From: Nitrososphaeria archaeon
GTDB lineage: Archaea; Thermoproteota; Nitrososphaeria; Nitrososphaerales; JAAOZN01
DNA length: 64,000 nucleotides
Assembly: GCA_029775855.1 (NCBI GenBank)
Contig: JARVJZ010000004.1
Location: 146,288-210,287 of the forward strand
Direction of reading: 5' to 3'
Part shown: piece after piece, positions 9,926 through 19,767 of the stretch
Numbering within the stretch: the first letter of the stretch is position 1
How the letters are laid out: every line of letters starts with the position of its first letter
Made by a program: the position numbers and the translations under genes
Notes under the pieces: generated by a model
What the model was told of the DNA's origin: nothing
The model's database searches: none
The model's input: only the letters and a program-made list of their open reading frames with translations

Positions 9926-10438
9926 CTAAGCAAGGACTAGATTATACAGATATTCCCACCCTATGTGACCTACGTGAGCATAGATGAGGTTAAGAATTAT
10001 CTTACCGGATATGGCTGCTAAAAGTGCCTTGAGCTTGGGATACCTCATTGCTCCTAATGGTATCCATATTAGGTCGTCTGGGGTCAGAGGTGTAGCTGCA
10101 AAAAGAAATATCAAGATTACCCCGTATTTGTCAAGTCTCTTTCTCCATTTATCTAACCCCTCCCTCCGCTTTGTTGAGAGGAGATACCTACCACCTAACC
10201 CAACATAGTAATGCAGAAACTGCCCTACGCCAGCACCTAGGCCTCCTAACACTCCTACAATTATAGGGTTAAGCGTCGCCCCTAGAAGCGCGATGACGAC
10301 ATAGGATGGGAAGATAGATATGAAGAGGCTGCTTGAGCCTAATACACCAGCTACAAAGGCGCCCACATAGCCAAGATTTGACACAATCTTTAATATAAAT
10401 GCTATATCAAGCAACCTTGGTCTCTCATCTACTTTCAT
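9926..10438 (-). CDS. VTT/DedA (SNARE-associated) family membrane protein
   Basis: G..YYVG.GGR and FAATPLTPDDL motifs. Confidence 0.8.
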   Translation of the reverse strand: MKVDERPRLLDIAFILKIVSNLGYVGAFVAGVLGSSSLFISIFPSYVVIALLGATLNPIIVGVLGGLGAGVGQFLHYYVGLGGRYLLSTKRREGLDKWRKRLDKYGVILIFLFAATPLTPDDLIWIPLGAMRYPKLKALLAAISGKIILNLIYAHVGHIGWEYLYNLVLA

Positions 10439-10441
10439 AAA

Positions 10442-10867
10442 TTAAACAGAATGCTCAAAATAGTCTACTTTTAGCTGTAGAATACCCCTTAAAGAAGCTA
10501 ATTCCTCGCCAATTTTCTTTATCTCGAAGCTAGAGCCTCTTACCACAATAACCGCCAAACACTTGATTTCATCGAGATGGATGTGTAGTGTTGAGGACAC
10601 CAAATTTCTATATTTGTGCTGTATGTCGGTTATCTTCTCATCCAGTCCACCTACTTCGTGGTTATAGATCAGCAATATGACCGCTGAACCTCTTGACTTA
10701 GGTTCCTGGCTCCATTGAAATTCGCTTATGAAGTTTCTCATTGCGGCTTGTATGGCTCTTGAGCGTTCATTATACCCCATAGATGAGGAGACCTTATCAA
10801 AGAGGTCCAGTAGGGTTGGTGGTAAGGATATGCTAATTCTCTTGACATTCTCCTCTTTTTCTTTCAA
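10442..10867 (-). CDS. nikR: NikR-family ribbon-helix-helix metalloregulator
   Basis: RISISLP..LL..FD RHH, YNH, QH and HIHL..C metal site. Confidence 0.85.
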   Translation of the reverse strand: MKEKEENVKRISISLPPTLLDLFDKVSSSMGYNERSRAIQAAMRNFISEFQWSQEPKSRGSAVILLIYNHEVGGLDEKITDIQHKYRNLVSSTLHIHLDEIKCLAVIVVRGSSFEIKKIGEELASLRGILQLKVDYFEHSV

Positions 10868-10911
10868 CCTAGAATAGGCACCATAGACCTTATGTATAAA
10901 CTTGATGGGAC

Positions 10912-11595
10912 TTACTTGCGTCCTGCAACCAAGAGAAGTATGTCCGAGAGGTTATCTACCAGATAGTCTGGTTCAGCATCTAAGTCACTCTTAGAGCCGA
11001 AGAATGTGCTTTTTAAGGCCACAACCACTACCCCGGCCGCTCTACCAGCCTTAACATCTATGGGGCTATCTCCTACAAACATAGCACGACTTTCAGAAAC
11101 AGCAAACCTTCCTAAAACCCATTTTATACCATCAGGATAAGGTTTCAACCTAAGCCCATCGTTTCTGGTTATAATAGCGTCAAAGAAGCCTTCTAAACCA
11201 AACTTCTTTATCATAAACTCAGTAGCTTTCCTACCGTTATTAGTAACTAAAGCGAGCTTCAAACCGAGCTTTTTAAGAGCTTGTAGAACTTGTAATGTGT
11301 CTTCAAATAAGCGCGTCGTAAGAGCAGCTTCCATCTCATATTCGTCAATTACTTCGCTAACACGCCTCATGACTTCATCCAAGTCAAGCGAACCTAATCG
11401 CTTGACTTGGAAAACAATTTCGTCAAATATATCTTGCGTGGATTTGCGTAGAGCTTCATCAGATAAAGATATTCCCATTTCAGCCAAGATCTTCAGAACA
11501 CTTATCTTGGCTTCTTTGAAACGGTATCTGAACTCAACTAAAGTGCCATCAAGATCAAATATAACTAGATCTACTGAACGATTAACGATAACCAA
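10912..11595 (-). CDS. HAD-superfamily hydrolase (phosphoglycolate phosphatase-like)
   Basis: DLDGT, TNN, KPYP and GDSPID motifs. Confidence 0.88.
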   Translation of the reverse strand: MVIVNRSVDLVIFDLDGTLVEFRYRFKEAKISVLKILAEMGISLSDEALRKSTQDIFDEIVFQVKRLGSLDLDEVMRRVSEVIDEYEMEAALTTRLFEDTLQVLQALKKLGLKLALVTNNGRKATEFMIKKFGLEGFFDAIITRNDGLRLKPYPDGIKWVLGRFAVSESRAMFVGDSPIDVKAGRAAGVVVVALKSTFFGSKSDLDAEPDYLVDNLSDILLLVAGRK

Positions 11596-12052
11596 TTTGC
11601 ATACCTAAATTTTTGGGTTCTAATTCAAGCGTGGAATAAGCTTTCCAGATAGCATCAATAGCATCCTTCTCTCCATAAGATTTATGGTGGAGGAGATGCC
11701 CGAGACAACCTTGCTTACAATCTGAGGAGCCAAATCCTTTAATCGGTTGAGCGCCCAATAGTAAGCAGATCCTCTTATTAACTTCACACTCCATTCTCTT
11801 CTTAGTAGGTGAGAAGACGGCTTCCAACACTACACCATCACCATCAAGCAGATAATCTATATGCCAAAATCGCTTTTTATTTGGAACCAGATGTCTCCCA
11901 ATCCTCCTCTCTAGGCTCGCTGAACCTTCCCCAAATGCTGAACCTGTGTAGATGTAGTAGCCCTTTTCAATATAAAGCTGTAAGCCAGATCTGAGCCTAA
12001 TCGGCTTATCCTTACATAACTCTATAAATAGACTATACACACCCTTACTCAA
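11582..12052 (-). CDS. DUF123/GIY-YIG (Uri superfamily) nuclease-like protein
   Basis: GVY..YIYTGSA, WHIDYLL and GFGSSDC..C..HL motifs. Confidence 0.85.
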   Translation of the reverse strand: MSKGVYSLFIELCKDKPIRLRSGLQLYIEKGYYIYTGSAFGEGSASLERRIGRHLVPNKKRFWHIDYLLDGDGVVLEAVFSPTKKRMECEVNKRICLLLGAQPIKGFGSSDCKQGCLGHLLHHKSYGEKDAIDAIWKAYSTLELEPKNLGMQIGYR

Positions 12053-12053
12053 A

Positions 12054-12185
12054 CTAGTCAGCTCGCCCCTTAGCGACCAAGATCAGAATTACAAGCCCAG
12101 CAAATCCCAATGCAACAATAAGTAAAGATATGGGAAACATCAGCTCAGAGCCTTTAACTGCAAGCATCAAAAACTCCTTTAGCAT
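12054..12185 (-). CDS. Small single-pass membrane protein, 43 aa (absent from ORF track)
   Basis: MLKEFLMLAVKGSELMFPISLLIVALGFAGLVILILVAKGRAD*; AAACTTTAAG TATA-like box 25 nt upstream; stop lies 1 nt before the next start. Confidence 0.65.
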   Translation of the reverse strand: MLKEFLMLAVKGSELMFPISLLIVALGFAGLVILILVAKGRAD

Positions 12186-12281
12186 CCCAAAAGATGTGAT
12201 TAGACACCATCTTAAAGTTTAAGTTCGGTAATCAAAAGGGTTAAAAGTTAAGTATAGCCAGTTCGAATCCCATATTGAAGG

Positions 12282-13505
12282 TTGATTAGAGAAATGAACT
12301 TGGAACAAGGACCTTGGGTAGGCGACAAATGGTGGGTCAGCCACTTCAACTATGTAGAAGAGGTAAGAAAGAACTTCAACCTACCTAACAGAGTCGAAAT
12401 ATACGATGTGACTCTTAGAGACGGGGAGCAGACACCCGGAGTAGTCTTCAAAAAGGAAGAAAAACTGCACATAGCACAGCTCCTAGACGAAGCTGGTGTG
12501 CATAGAATCGAAGCCGGCATGCCAGTAGTCTCATCTGAAGACGCTGAGGCAGTCAAAGCCATAGCCCACGCCGGGCTTAAGGCAAAGATCTTTGGCTTCT
12601 GCCGTATGGTGAAGGGCGATATCGACGCTGCGATAAAAAGTGATGTTCAAGGAGTAATAATAGAGGGACCTGTCGGTGTGCCTAAGCTGAAGCAGTTCGG
12701 CTGGCCTTACGATGAAGTCGTTAAGAAAGCTATAGAGGCTGTGGATTATGCTAAAGCGCACGGGCTGCAGACAGCATTCTTCTCTGTAGATATGACTAGA
12801 GCGGAACTCTCATTCATAAAGAGGCTGTTGAGCGAAATAGGCACACAAACAAAGGTTGACTCCTTCATTGTTGTTGATACGTTTGGTTGCGCTTTACCCG
12901 AGGCTATGGCCTACTTGGTTAGGGAGCTCAAGAAGGTGGTTAAGCAGCCGCTTGAAATGCACTGCCACAACGACTTTGGCTTGGGTACGGCTTGCACATT
13001 AGCTGGTATAGCTGCTGGAGCTGAGGTAGCGCATACGTCTGTTAACGGCATAGGTGAGAGAACTGGAAACGTCTCTTTTGAGGAAGTTGTTATGGGTTTG
13101 AAGTATCTTTATGGTGTCGATTTAGATATAAAGACTGAAAAGTTATATGAGTTATCTAAAGTCGTTGAACAATACTCAAGGTTCAAGGTTCCAGTTAATA
13201 AGCCGTTTGTAGGCGATCGAGCCTTTACCAGAGAAGCAGGAATATCAATCGCTGGTTGGGTTAAGTACTACCTCGGTTCAGAACCTATTCTCCCTGAGTT
13301 GGTAGGCAATAGACACGGTGTAGTTATGGGGAAGAAGAGTGGTAGGCATTCGGTTGAGTGGAAACTGCAGCAGCTAGGTATGCACGCTCCTCCTGAAAAG
13401 ATCCCACTGATACTTGAGGAGCTTAAAAACGAGTCTGTAAGAAGAAAAGCAGCGATAGAGGATGAAGACTTCAAGAGCATAGTCGCCAAGGTGCTTTCGT
13501 CTTAA
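12282..13505 (+). CDS. DRE-TIM metallolyase (homocitrate/isopropylmalate synthase-like, no regulatory domain)
   Basis: DVTLRDGEQ, HCHND, GIGERTGN and GKKSGR motifs; substrate cannot be determined from sequence. Confidence 0.8.
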   Translation: MIREMNLEQGPWVGDKWWVSHFNYVEEVRKNFNLPNRVEIYDVTLRDGEQTPGVVFKKEEKLHIAQLLDEAGVHRIEAGMPVVSSEDAEAVKAIAHAGLKAKIFGFCRMVKGDIDAAIKSDVQGVIIEGPVGVPKLKQFGWPYDEVVKKAIEAVDYAKAHGLQTAFFSVDMTRAELSFIKRLLSEIGTQTKVDSFIVVDTFGCALPEAMAYLVRELKKVVKQPLEMHCHNDFGLGTACTLAGIAAGAEVAHTSVNGIGERTGNVSFEEVVMGLKYLYGVDLDIKTEKLYELSKVVEQYSRFKVPVNKPFVGDRAFTREAGISIAGWVKYYLGSEPILPELVGNRHGVVMGKKSGRHSVEWKLQQLGMHAPPEKIPLILEELKNESVRRKAAIEDEDFKSIVAKVLSS

Positions 13506-13602
13506 ATCGGAGTGTGAGTGGCTTTCTCAATAACCCCATCTCTTCAAAAAGTTTAACTAACAAGAGAAGAAAACACAGCTCAGCAGAAGAGAAGCGGCTA
13601 AA

Positions 13603-14274
13603 GTGAGCCATATGCTAGCAATCTTTGACTTAGAGGGTGTTCTTGTCGACGGGGAATTCCTTCCAGAATTAGCCAAGCTTAAAGGTATAGAGGATAGGAT
13701 CTGGGATATAACGCTGAAAGGGATAAGAGGGGAAATAAACTGGGAAGATGGTTTACGAATGAGAATAGAAGAGCTAAAGGGCGCAAGCTACAGCGACTGC
13801 GTAAACATATCTAACAGCCTTAGGCTTATGCCGGGCGCTAAAGAAGTCTGTAAAGCACTAAGAGAGATGGGGTTTATGTTGGCATCAGTTTCAGGAGGAT
13901 TCACTTTACTTGCTGAGCGTGTTCAAAAAGAACTCGGCTTGGACTATTTTTTCGCTAATGAGTTAGTGTTTGTAGCGGATAAATTAAATTCTGTAGTTAT
14001 AAGAGTTAACTCAAATAAGGCAAACTCGATTCAAGGTTTGGTAAGGGCGTTAAAGGAGCCTAAGGAGCAGATAATAGCTGTGGTGGATGGGGCTAATGAC
14101 CTTACACTCTTTGAACTAGCGGGGTTAAGAGTGGCGTTCTGCGCACAACCTGTAGTAGAATCTAATGCAGACGTGGTCATAAAAAATAAAGATTTGAGGC
14201 TTATCTTACCGCATATCAGAAGATATATCAATAATTTAGAAAACAACGGCATCATAATCAAGAAATACAGATAA
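13603..14274 (+). CDS. serB: Phosphoserine phosphatase
   Basis: DLEGVL, SGGF, ANEL and DGAND motifs. Confidence 0.82.
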   Translation: MSHMLAIFDLEGVLVDGEFLPELAKLKGIEDRIWDITLKGIRGEINWEDGLRMRIEELKGASYSDCVNISNSLRLMPGAKEVCKALREMGFMLASVSGGFTLLAERVQKELGLDYFFANELVFVADKLNSVVIRVNSNKANSIQGLVRALKEPKEQIIAVVDGANDLTLFELAGLRVAFCAQPVVESNADVVIKNKDLRLILPHIRRYINNLENNGIIIKKYR

Positions 14275-14385
14275 AATAGAGAGACTCACCTTGAAAAACC
14301 TAAACTATTTAGTGATCTTATTCGGTCTAAATTATGCTAAGCATATATCTTAGAAAAGGTTAATCACAGCTCGGAGGCGCCTAAC

Positions 14386-14955
14386 TTGCTGGAGGATGGA
14401 GGGTTGATAGAGATACGCTGGCACGGGCGAGGTGGACAAGGTGCTGTCACGGCTGCTGAACTATTTGCACACGCGGCTATAAATCAAGGCTGGTACGCTC
14501 AAGCATCCCCTTCTTTTGGTCCAGAGAGGCGTGGTGCACCCGTGATGGCTTATAATAGATTAGACAATGTGCCCATAGGTATAAGGTCTGAAGTCTATGA
14601 GCCAGATGTTGTTGTAGTTATAGATCCAAGTCTTCTGAAGATGGTAAATGTGCTGGAGGGCCTTAAAGAAAATGGGACGCTTATAATAAATACAAGGAAG
14701 ACGATAAATGATATTAGAGGAGAATTGGGTTTAAACTACCGAATCGCAGTTATAGATGCCAAAAAAATAGCGCTTGAAACACTTGGGGTACCAATAGTCA
14801 ACACAACGATGCTAGGAGCAGTTACTAGAGTAATCGGTCTAGTTGACTTAGAATTTATTTTAGACGCTGTAAAAGAACGATTCAGTGCAAAAGCCAGTGA
14901 AATGAATGCTAAAGCGGTAGCAAGAGGGTTCAACGAAGTTAAAATAGGTGAGTAG
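14386..14955 (+). CDS. porG: Pyruvate/2-oxoacid:ferredoxin oxidoreductase gamma subunit
   Basis: EIRWHGRGGQG and FGPERRGAP motifs. Confidence 0.92.
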   Translation: MLEDGGLIEIRWHGRGGQGAVTAAELFAHAAINQGWYAQASPSFGPERRGAPVMAYNRLDNVPIGIRSEVYEPDVVVVIDPSLLKMVNVLEGLKENGTLIINTRKTINDIRGELGLNYRIAVIDAKKIALETLGVPIVNTTMLGAVTRVIGLVDLEFILDAVKERFSAKASEMNAKAVARGFNEVKIGE

Positions 14956-15244
14956 ATTGACCACTGACAAACCTACAGTTAAAAACCTACCAATAGCAGG
15001 CATAATCTTCGTCCCAGGTTCAGCAAAAGAGTATAACACAGGCGCATTTAGAAGCCAGAAGCCAATCCTAGACGCTAAACTTTGTACTAAATGTGGAATG
15101 TGCTGGGTTTACTGCCCAGATGGAGCGGTCTTTGTCAACTCTGAAGGCATGTATGAAATCAACTTAAAGTATTGTAAGGGCTGTGGGATATGCTCTGAAG
15201 AATGCGCTAGAAAGGCCATTAAGATGGTTGATGAGGAGGAGTAA
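14948..15244 (+). CDS. porD: Pyruvate/2-oxoacid:ferredoxin oxidoreductase delta subunit (2x[4Fe-4S])
   Basis: CTKCGMCWVYCP and YCKGCGICSEEC motifs. Confidence 0.92.
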   Translation: MSRLTTDKPTVKNLPIAGIIFVPGSAKEYNTGAFRSQKPILDAKLCTKCGMCWVYCPDGAVFVNSEGMYEINLKYCKGCGICSEECARKAIKMVDEEE

Positions 15245-15246
15245 AG

Positions 15247-16428
15247 TTGGGTAAGCGGATCTCTATAGAATGCGCACACGCAGCATCCTTAGCCGTCAAG
15301 TTAGCTAATGTAGATGTAATAGCAGCCTACCCTATAACACCGCAGACACATATCGTAGAGCGCTTAGCGGAATATGTGGCAAATGGAGAACTCGATGCAG
15401 AATACATAAATGTCGAATCAGAGCATTCAGCTATGAGCGCATGCATAGGTGCGAGTGCAGCTGGAGCTAGAGTCTACACGTCAACGGCTGGTCAAGGGTT
15501 AGCTCTTATGCACGAAATGCTCTTCATTGCTGCTGGGAACAGGCTTCCTATAGTTATGGGTGTGGCAAATAGATCACTTTCACCAAACTTGAACATATGG
15601 GGTGACCAAAGCGACATGATGGCTTCTAGAGACTGCGGATGGATCCAGATATATGCTGAAAACGCGCAGGAGGTCTTTGACCACACGCTTCAAGCCTTTA
15701 AGATTGCTGAAGATGAGCGCGTTCTCTTACCTGTGGCTGTTTGCTTCGACGGTTTCCACGTCACACACGTTATAGAGCCTCTTATTACACTCGACCAAGA
15801 AGAGGTTGACCGCTTTCTACCCAAACATAGAAAGGCAGTATACAAGCTTACACCCGACCAGCCAAGCACGTGGGGTCCTGTTGCCGGGCCTGATATCCAG
15901 ACGGAGTTGAAGGTTCAAAATGAATGGGCGCTGAATTCATCGAAGGATGTAATCTTAGAAGTTTGGCGTGAATTTGGCGATCTATTTGGGCGATACTATG
16001 CGCCCCTTGAGACATATAAAGTCGAGGATGCTGATGCCGTTATACTCATATTAGGGGGCTTTGCGGGAACGGGAAGAGTGGCTATAGATAAGATGAGGGA
16101 AGAGGGCAAGAAGATAGGTTTAGTTAAACTTAGACTCTACAGACCATTCCCCATACAAGAAGTGAAAGATCTTTTGACTAGAGTTAAGGCTGTGGCTGTA
16201 GTGGATAGGGCAATATCTGCAGGAGGATTAGGAGGCCCGGTCTACGGCGATATAAGAAACATACTATATGATGAAGAGCATCGACCGAAAGTTCTAAGTT
16301 TCATAGCAGGCTTAGGAGGACGGGACATAACGGTAAAGGACTTTAAGAGGATAGGTGAGAAGGTGCTAGACGTGGCAGCCAAAGGGCATAGTGAACATAA
16401 GGTTGACTTTATTCAGGTGAGGATATAA
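15247..16428 (+). CDS. porA: Pyruvate/2-oxoacid:ferredoxin oxidoreductase alpha subunit
   Basis: AYPITPQT, VESEHSA and GLGGRDI motifs. Confidence 0.93.
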   Translation: MGKRISIECAHAASLAVKLANVDVIAAYPITPQTHIVERLAEYVANGELDAEYINVESEHSAMSACIGASAAGARVYTSTAGQGLALMHEMLFIAAGNRLPIVMGVANRSLSPNLNIWGDQSDMMASRDCGWIQIYAENAQEVFDHTLQAFKIAEDERVLLPVAVCFDGFHVTHVIEPLITLDQEEVDRFLPKHRKAVYKLTPDQPSTWGPVAGPDIQTELKVQNEWALNSSKDVILEVWREFGDLFGRYYAPLETYKVEDADAVILILGGFAGTGRVAIDKMREEGKKIGLVKLRLYRPFPIQEVKDLLTRVKAVAVVDRAISAGGLGGPVYGDIRNILYDEEHRPKVLSFIAGLGGRDITVKDFKRIGEKVLDVAAKGHSEHKVDFIQVRI

Positions 16429-16429
16429 G

Positions 16430-17365
16430 ATGAGCGCACAAGCATTCAGAAGCATAAAAGATATTCCTCTTGAGGAATACTTTACACCAGGCCATAGAGC
16501 CTGCCAAGGATGCGGGGAAACCATAGCAGTTAGGCATATTTTGAAAGCAGCCGGACCTGATGTAATTGTGGTGAACGCTACTGGATGCCTTGAAGTAATT
16601 TCATCACCCTACCCCTACACAGCTTGGGCTGTGCCTTGGTATCACGTCGCTTTTGAAAATGCTGCCGCTGTAGCTTCTGGTATTGAGGCTGCTCTGAAGG
16701 TTTTAACGAGGAAGAATTTGATCTCTGGGAAGAAGATTCATGTGGTTTGCTTTGCTGGAGACGGGGGCACAGCAGACATAGGTTTTCAAGCGCTCTCTGG
16801 CGCCTTAGAGCGGGGGCACGACTTCCTTTACGTATGTTTAGATAACGAAGCATATATGAACACAGGCATCCAGAGGTCGAGCTCAACACCATACGGCGCT
16901 TGGACCACAACCTCTCCGCCTGGTAAAGTAAAACCAGCTGGTCAGATGACATATAAGAAGGATCTACCTTCAATATTCGCTGCACATGGAATACCTTACG
17001 TGGCAACAGCAACAGTAGCCTATCCACTAGACCTCATTAATAAGGCTAAGAAGGGGCTTGAGGTTGAAGGGCCTGCTTATCTACATGTATACACTCCTTG
17101 CTCACCAGGATGGCGGATTCCAAGTGAAAAGGTGGTTCAAGTTAGTAGGCTTGGTGTTCAGACAGGTATGTTCCTCATCTACGAGGTTGAGAATGGGCAG
17201 TTGAGGTTGACGGTCAAGCCTTCGCGAAGGAAGCCTGTTACTGAGTATCTTAAGATGCAGGGTAGGTTTAGGCACCTCTCTGATGAAGATGTTGAGAGGA
17301 TTCAGCGCCTCGTTGATGAGCGGTGTGCTAAGTTTGGGCTTCCTCCCTTAGAAGCTTCTACTTAG
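16430..17365 (+). CDS. porB: Pyruvate/2-oxoacid:ferredoxin oxidoreductase beta subunit
   Basis: GHRACQGCG and GDGGT..DNEAYMNTGIQ (TPP-binding) motifs. Confidence 0.93.
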   Translation: MSAQAFRSIKDIPLEEYFTPGHRACQGCGETIAVRHILKAAGPDVIVVNATGCLEVISSPYPYTAWAVPWYHVAFENAAAVASGIEAALKVLTRKNLISGKKIHVVCFAGDGGTADIGFQALSGALERGHDFLYVCLDNEAYMNTGIQRSSSTPYGAWTTTSPPGKVKPAGQMTYKKDLPSIFAAHGIPYVATATVAYPLDLINKAKKGLEVEGPAYLHVYTPCSPGWRIPSEKVVQVSRLGVQTGMFLIYEVENGQLRLTVKPSRRKPVTEYLKMQGRFRHLSDEDVERIQRLVDERCAKFGLPPLEAST

Positions 17366-17903
17366 CTGAGTTCCCGCTGATCCACTCTTTCTCAACCACG
17401 CCACTCTTTAATGCTGTGTATCTTGCCGCTACATATAGTAGTGAAGATAGTCTGTTAAGATATTTGACGGAAGAGAGTAGTCGTGAATCTGTTCTTGATA
17501 GCTTCACTATGATGCGCTCAGCCCGCCTTACTACACTTCTCGCCAAGTATAGTGAGGCTACAGCTGGTGTTCCATTTGGAAGCACGAATCTACGGTAATC
17601 AGGTAGAGCTTTGGCAAGTATATTTAGATGCTCTTCCAGAACCTTCACCATACTTTCATTCACGCGGCTTTCTGAAATTGGGGAGATAACATCCAAGCCG
17701 ATTAGGAAGAAGTCTTGCTGCACCGCTTCGAGTATGCTGTTTATTTCTGGTAGATTGACGAAGCTTCTAGACAAGCCTATCATAGAGTTTGCTTCATCGA
17801 GCTCGCCTAAAGCCTCTATTCTAATGTCATCTTTACCAACTCTAACGCCTTTTAGAAGGCTTGTCTCACCTTTATCTCCACTACCCGTATAGAACTTGGT
17901 CAT
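17358..17903 (-). CDS. pduO: ATP:cob(I)alamin adenosyltransferase (PduO type)
   Basis: YTGSGDKGET, DEANS, RSVVRRAER and YLNRLS motifs. Confidence 0.9.
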   Translation of the reverse strand: MTKFYTGSGDKGETSLLKGVRVGKDDIRIEALGELDEANSMIGLSRSFVNLPEINSILEAVQQDFFLIGLDVISPISESRVNESMVKVLEEHLNILAKALPDYRRFVLPNGTPAVASLYLARSVVRRAERIIVKLSRTDSRLLSSVKYLNRLSSLLYVAARYTALKSGVVEKEWISGNSAK

Positions 17904-17984
17904 ACAGCATCCTCATACTGTGATGGTTGATTAAAATCCTTACCTTCCTCTTATGTTACAATCAAAACACTTTTTAGTCTAATA

Positions 17985-18000
17985 CGCTTAATATTAAGCG
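17985..18000. promoter_or_regulatory. Perfect 16-bp palindrome, candidate operator
   Basis: CGCTTAATATTAAGCG ends 2 nt before the ATG at 18003. Confidence 0.5.
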
Positions 18001-18002
18001 GC

Positions 18003-18281
18003 ATGACCCTAGGCTTTGTCATATTTTATAGAGTAAGGGAGCTAACGCCTAAGGAGCTAGAGGACTCAAAGAAGAAGTGGGAGGATTTCAAGCAGAAGAA
18101 GTGGCCTAAAGATGTGAAGCTGGTAGGTGAATACGACCACGCATTCGGTATAGGGTACAACGGCTTCTTTGTGGTTGAGGCTGAGGATTACGATGCTTTC
18201 TTAAAGTTCTATGACACCTTTAGGGATCACACTAGATGGTATGTGACTGAAACTAGAACGATAACTGGGGTTAAGCAGTAG
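18003..18281 (+). CDS. Small dimeric alpha-beta barrel (GYD/DUF3303-like) protein
   Basis: 92 aa with G.YD/GYNG pattern similar to the GYD family; assignment tentative. Confidence 0.55.
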   Translation: MTLGFVIFYRVRELTPKELEDSKKKWEDFKQKKWPKDVKLVGEYDHAFGIGYNGFFVVEAEDYDAFLKFYDTFRDHTRWYVTETRTITGVKQ

Positions 18282-18289
18282 GCGCCCCT

Positions 18290-18484
18290 TCAACTCCTTT
18301 TTTCTTTTTGTAAGACCCCTTTTAGCCACGCTTCTAAGGTGATCTCTGGGGGGCGCTCGTAAGTCTTTTCAAAACCGCATTTGTTGCATCTCACATATAC
18401 TCTTACAACATTTCTTAATGGGTTTTGTGTTGTACTTACTTTGAGGCTACCACCGCATACTGGGCAATTTACCTCACTGCTCAT
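18290..18484 (-). CDS. Small zinc-ribbon protein
   Basis: CPVCGG...CNKCGF motif. Confidence 0.7.
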   Translation of the reverse strand: MSSEVNCPVCGGSLKVSTTQNPLRNVVRVYVRCNKCGFEKTYERPPEITLEAWLKGVLQKEKRS

Positions 18485-18518
18485 ACCTTAGGTTATTATG
18501 TGAACCCGTATATGAAGA

Positions 18519-19718
18519 TTAATCGAAGCCTTTATGAGTTAAGTCTCTTAGCGCAGCTTCTGCTAAAGAGGGGTTTGAAGCGCTTACTATTAGAAGTTTG
18601 GTATCTTGTGTTAGCATCGCTAGATTTCTACCATCAATTCTTAATATTCGCCCATCTTTAGATAGTGCTCCACTCAGCTCACTGTAGAGCATCTGCTTTA
18701 ATGTTTTGGCTTGCTCATCGGTTGATAAGTTGATCTGCCAGTAGAGTAGTAGGTCTTCTTCGTTTAGGTAGAGAGTTGAATTATCGCCAATCCACCAAGA
18801 TGTAGCCTTGAGTGCTTCCTCGGAATCTAATGTGCGGGTTAGAAAGAGGTTAAAGAAGTAGGCGCCTAAAACATCTGGGTAGTAGATGCGCCAGCCAGAA
18901 GTGGGTGGAGAAGGATTATTTGGGTAAGCTGGTTTAAAGCCGCTTAGGTAGAGGTTTGGGTATAGTATTTCAGCTGTTGATGTAGGGGGTTCTACGTGAG
19001 CTTGATCTAAACCACGCCAGCCTTCAGCGACATATATTTTATAAGCAAAGGTTAGACCATAGATATATGGAAATAAAGTTAATTGATCTACAAACCACTT
19101 ATTTATACCGCTTTTGGGCGGCTTCGGCATAGGCATAGTTGAGGTAAGTCTACCCGTTTTATTTGATGTATATAGCTCTGCTACCAAGTCTGCTTCTCCT
19201 TCAATGAAGGCTGACCAAGCTAGTTGTGAATCCATAGTTAGGAACTTGGAATGCTTTGCTCTGTTATATTGGAGAATATGTGTATATTCATGCGCTAGGA
19301 TTCTGGGTGCATCATCAGAGTGTGGATTGAAATATTCTCTGACTATATAGAGTGTGTAGGCTGAGGCTGCTGCTACCACGAGCCCAGCCCTCTCTTTCTT
19401 ATATTCTTTGATGGAGAAGTTTTGTGGTACAAGTAGTAGAGATTTATACAGTGCTTCCCTCGCGGCATCCAATTCATCTACGCCGTCTGATGTATCTTTC
19501 TGGAAGAAGGATATGTCAACTACTTTCAGATTTATGGGGTTTGTAGATGTTAGGTTGCGTAAGGATTCTGTATCAGCTTTAACTTTTTGGAATAGTCTTC
19601 TGACTTCCGCTTCGTATTCATCTTCTTCGCTGGCTCGGTTGAGGTATAGGGCTGAGGCTGTGATAAGAAGCGCAGCGAATATTATTGTTAGAAGCAGCTT
19701 TTTTGAAGCCGTTCTCAA
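18519..19718 (-). CDS. Membrane-anchored zincin-like surface protein (Hvo_1808-like)
   Basis: N-terminal TM; LAHEYTHILQ (HExxH), EGEAD, FPYIYG and PPTSTAEIL motifs. Confidence 0.7.
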   Translation of the reverse strand: MRTASKKLLLTIIFAALLITASALYLNRASEEDEYEAEVRRLFQKVKADTESLRNLTSTNPINLKVVDISFFQKDTSDGVDELDAAREALYKSLLLVPQNFSIKEYKKERAGLVVAAASAYTLYIVREYFNPHSDDAPRILAHEYTHILQYNRAKHSKFLTMDSQLAWSAFIEGEADLVAELYTSNKTGRLTSTMPMPKPPKSGINKWFVDQLTLFPYIYGLTFAYKIYVAEGWRGLDQAHVEPPTSTAEILYPNLYLSGFKPAYPNNPSPPTSGWRIYYPDVLGAYFFNLFLTRTLDSEEALKATSWWIGDNSTLYLNEEDLLLYWQINLSTDEQAKTLKQMLYSELSGALSKDGRILRIDGRNLAMLTQDTKLLIVSASNPSLAEAALRDLTHKGFD

Positions 19719-19767
19719 CCGAACGATGGTTCGCTTTAAAGCATTTTAACTTTATCTGCTTAACTGG

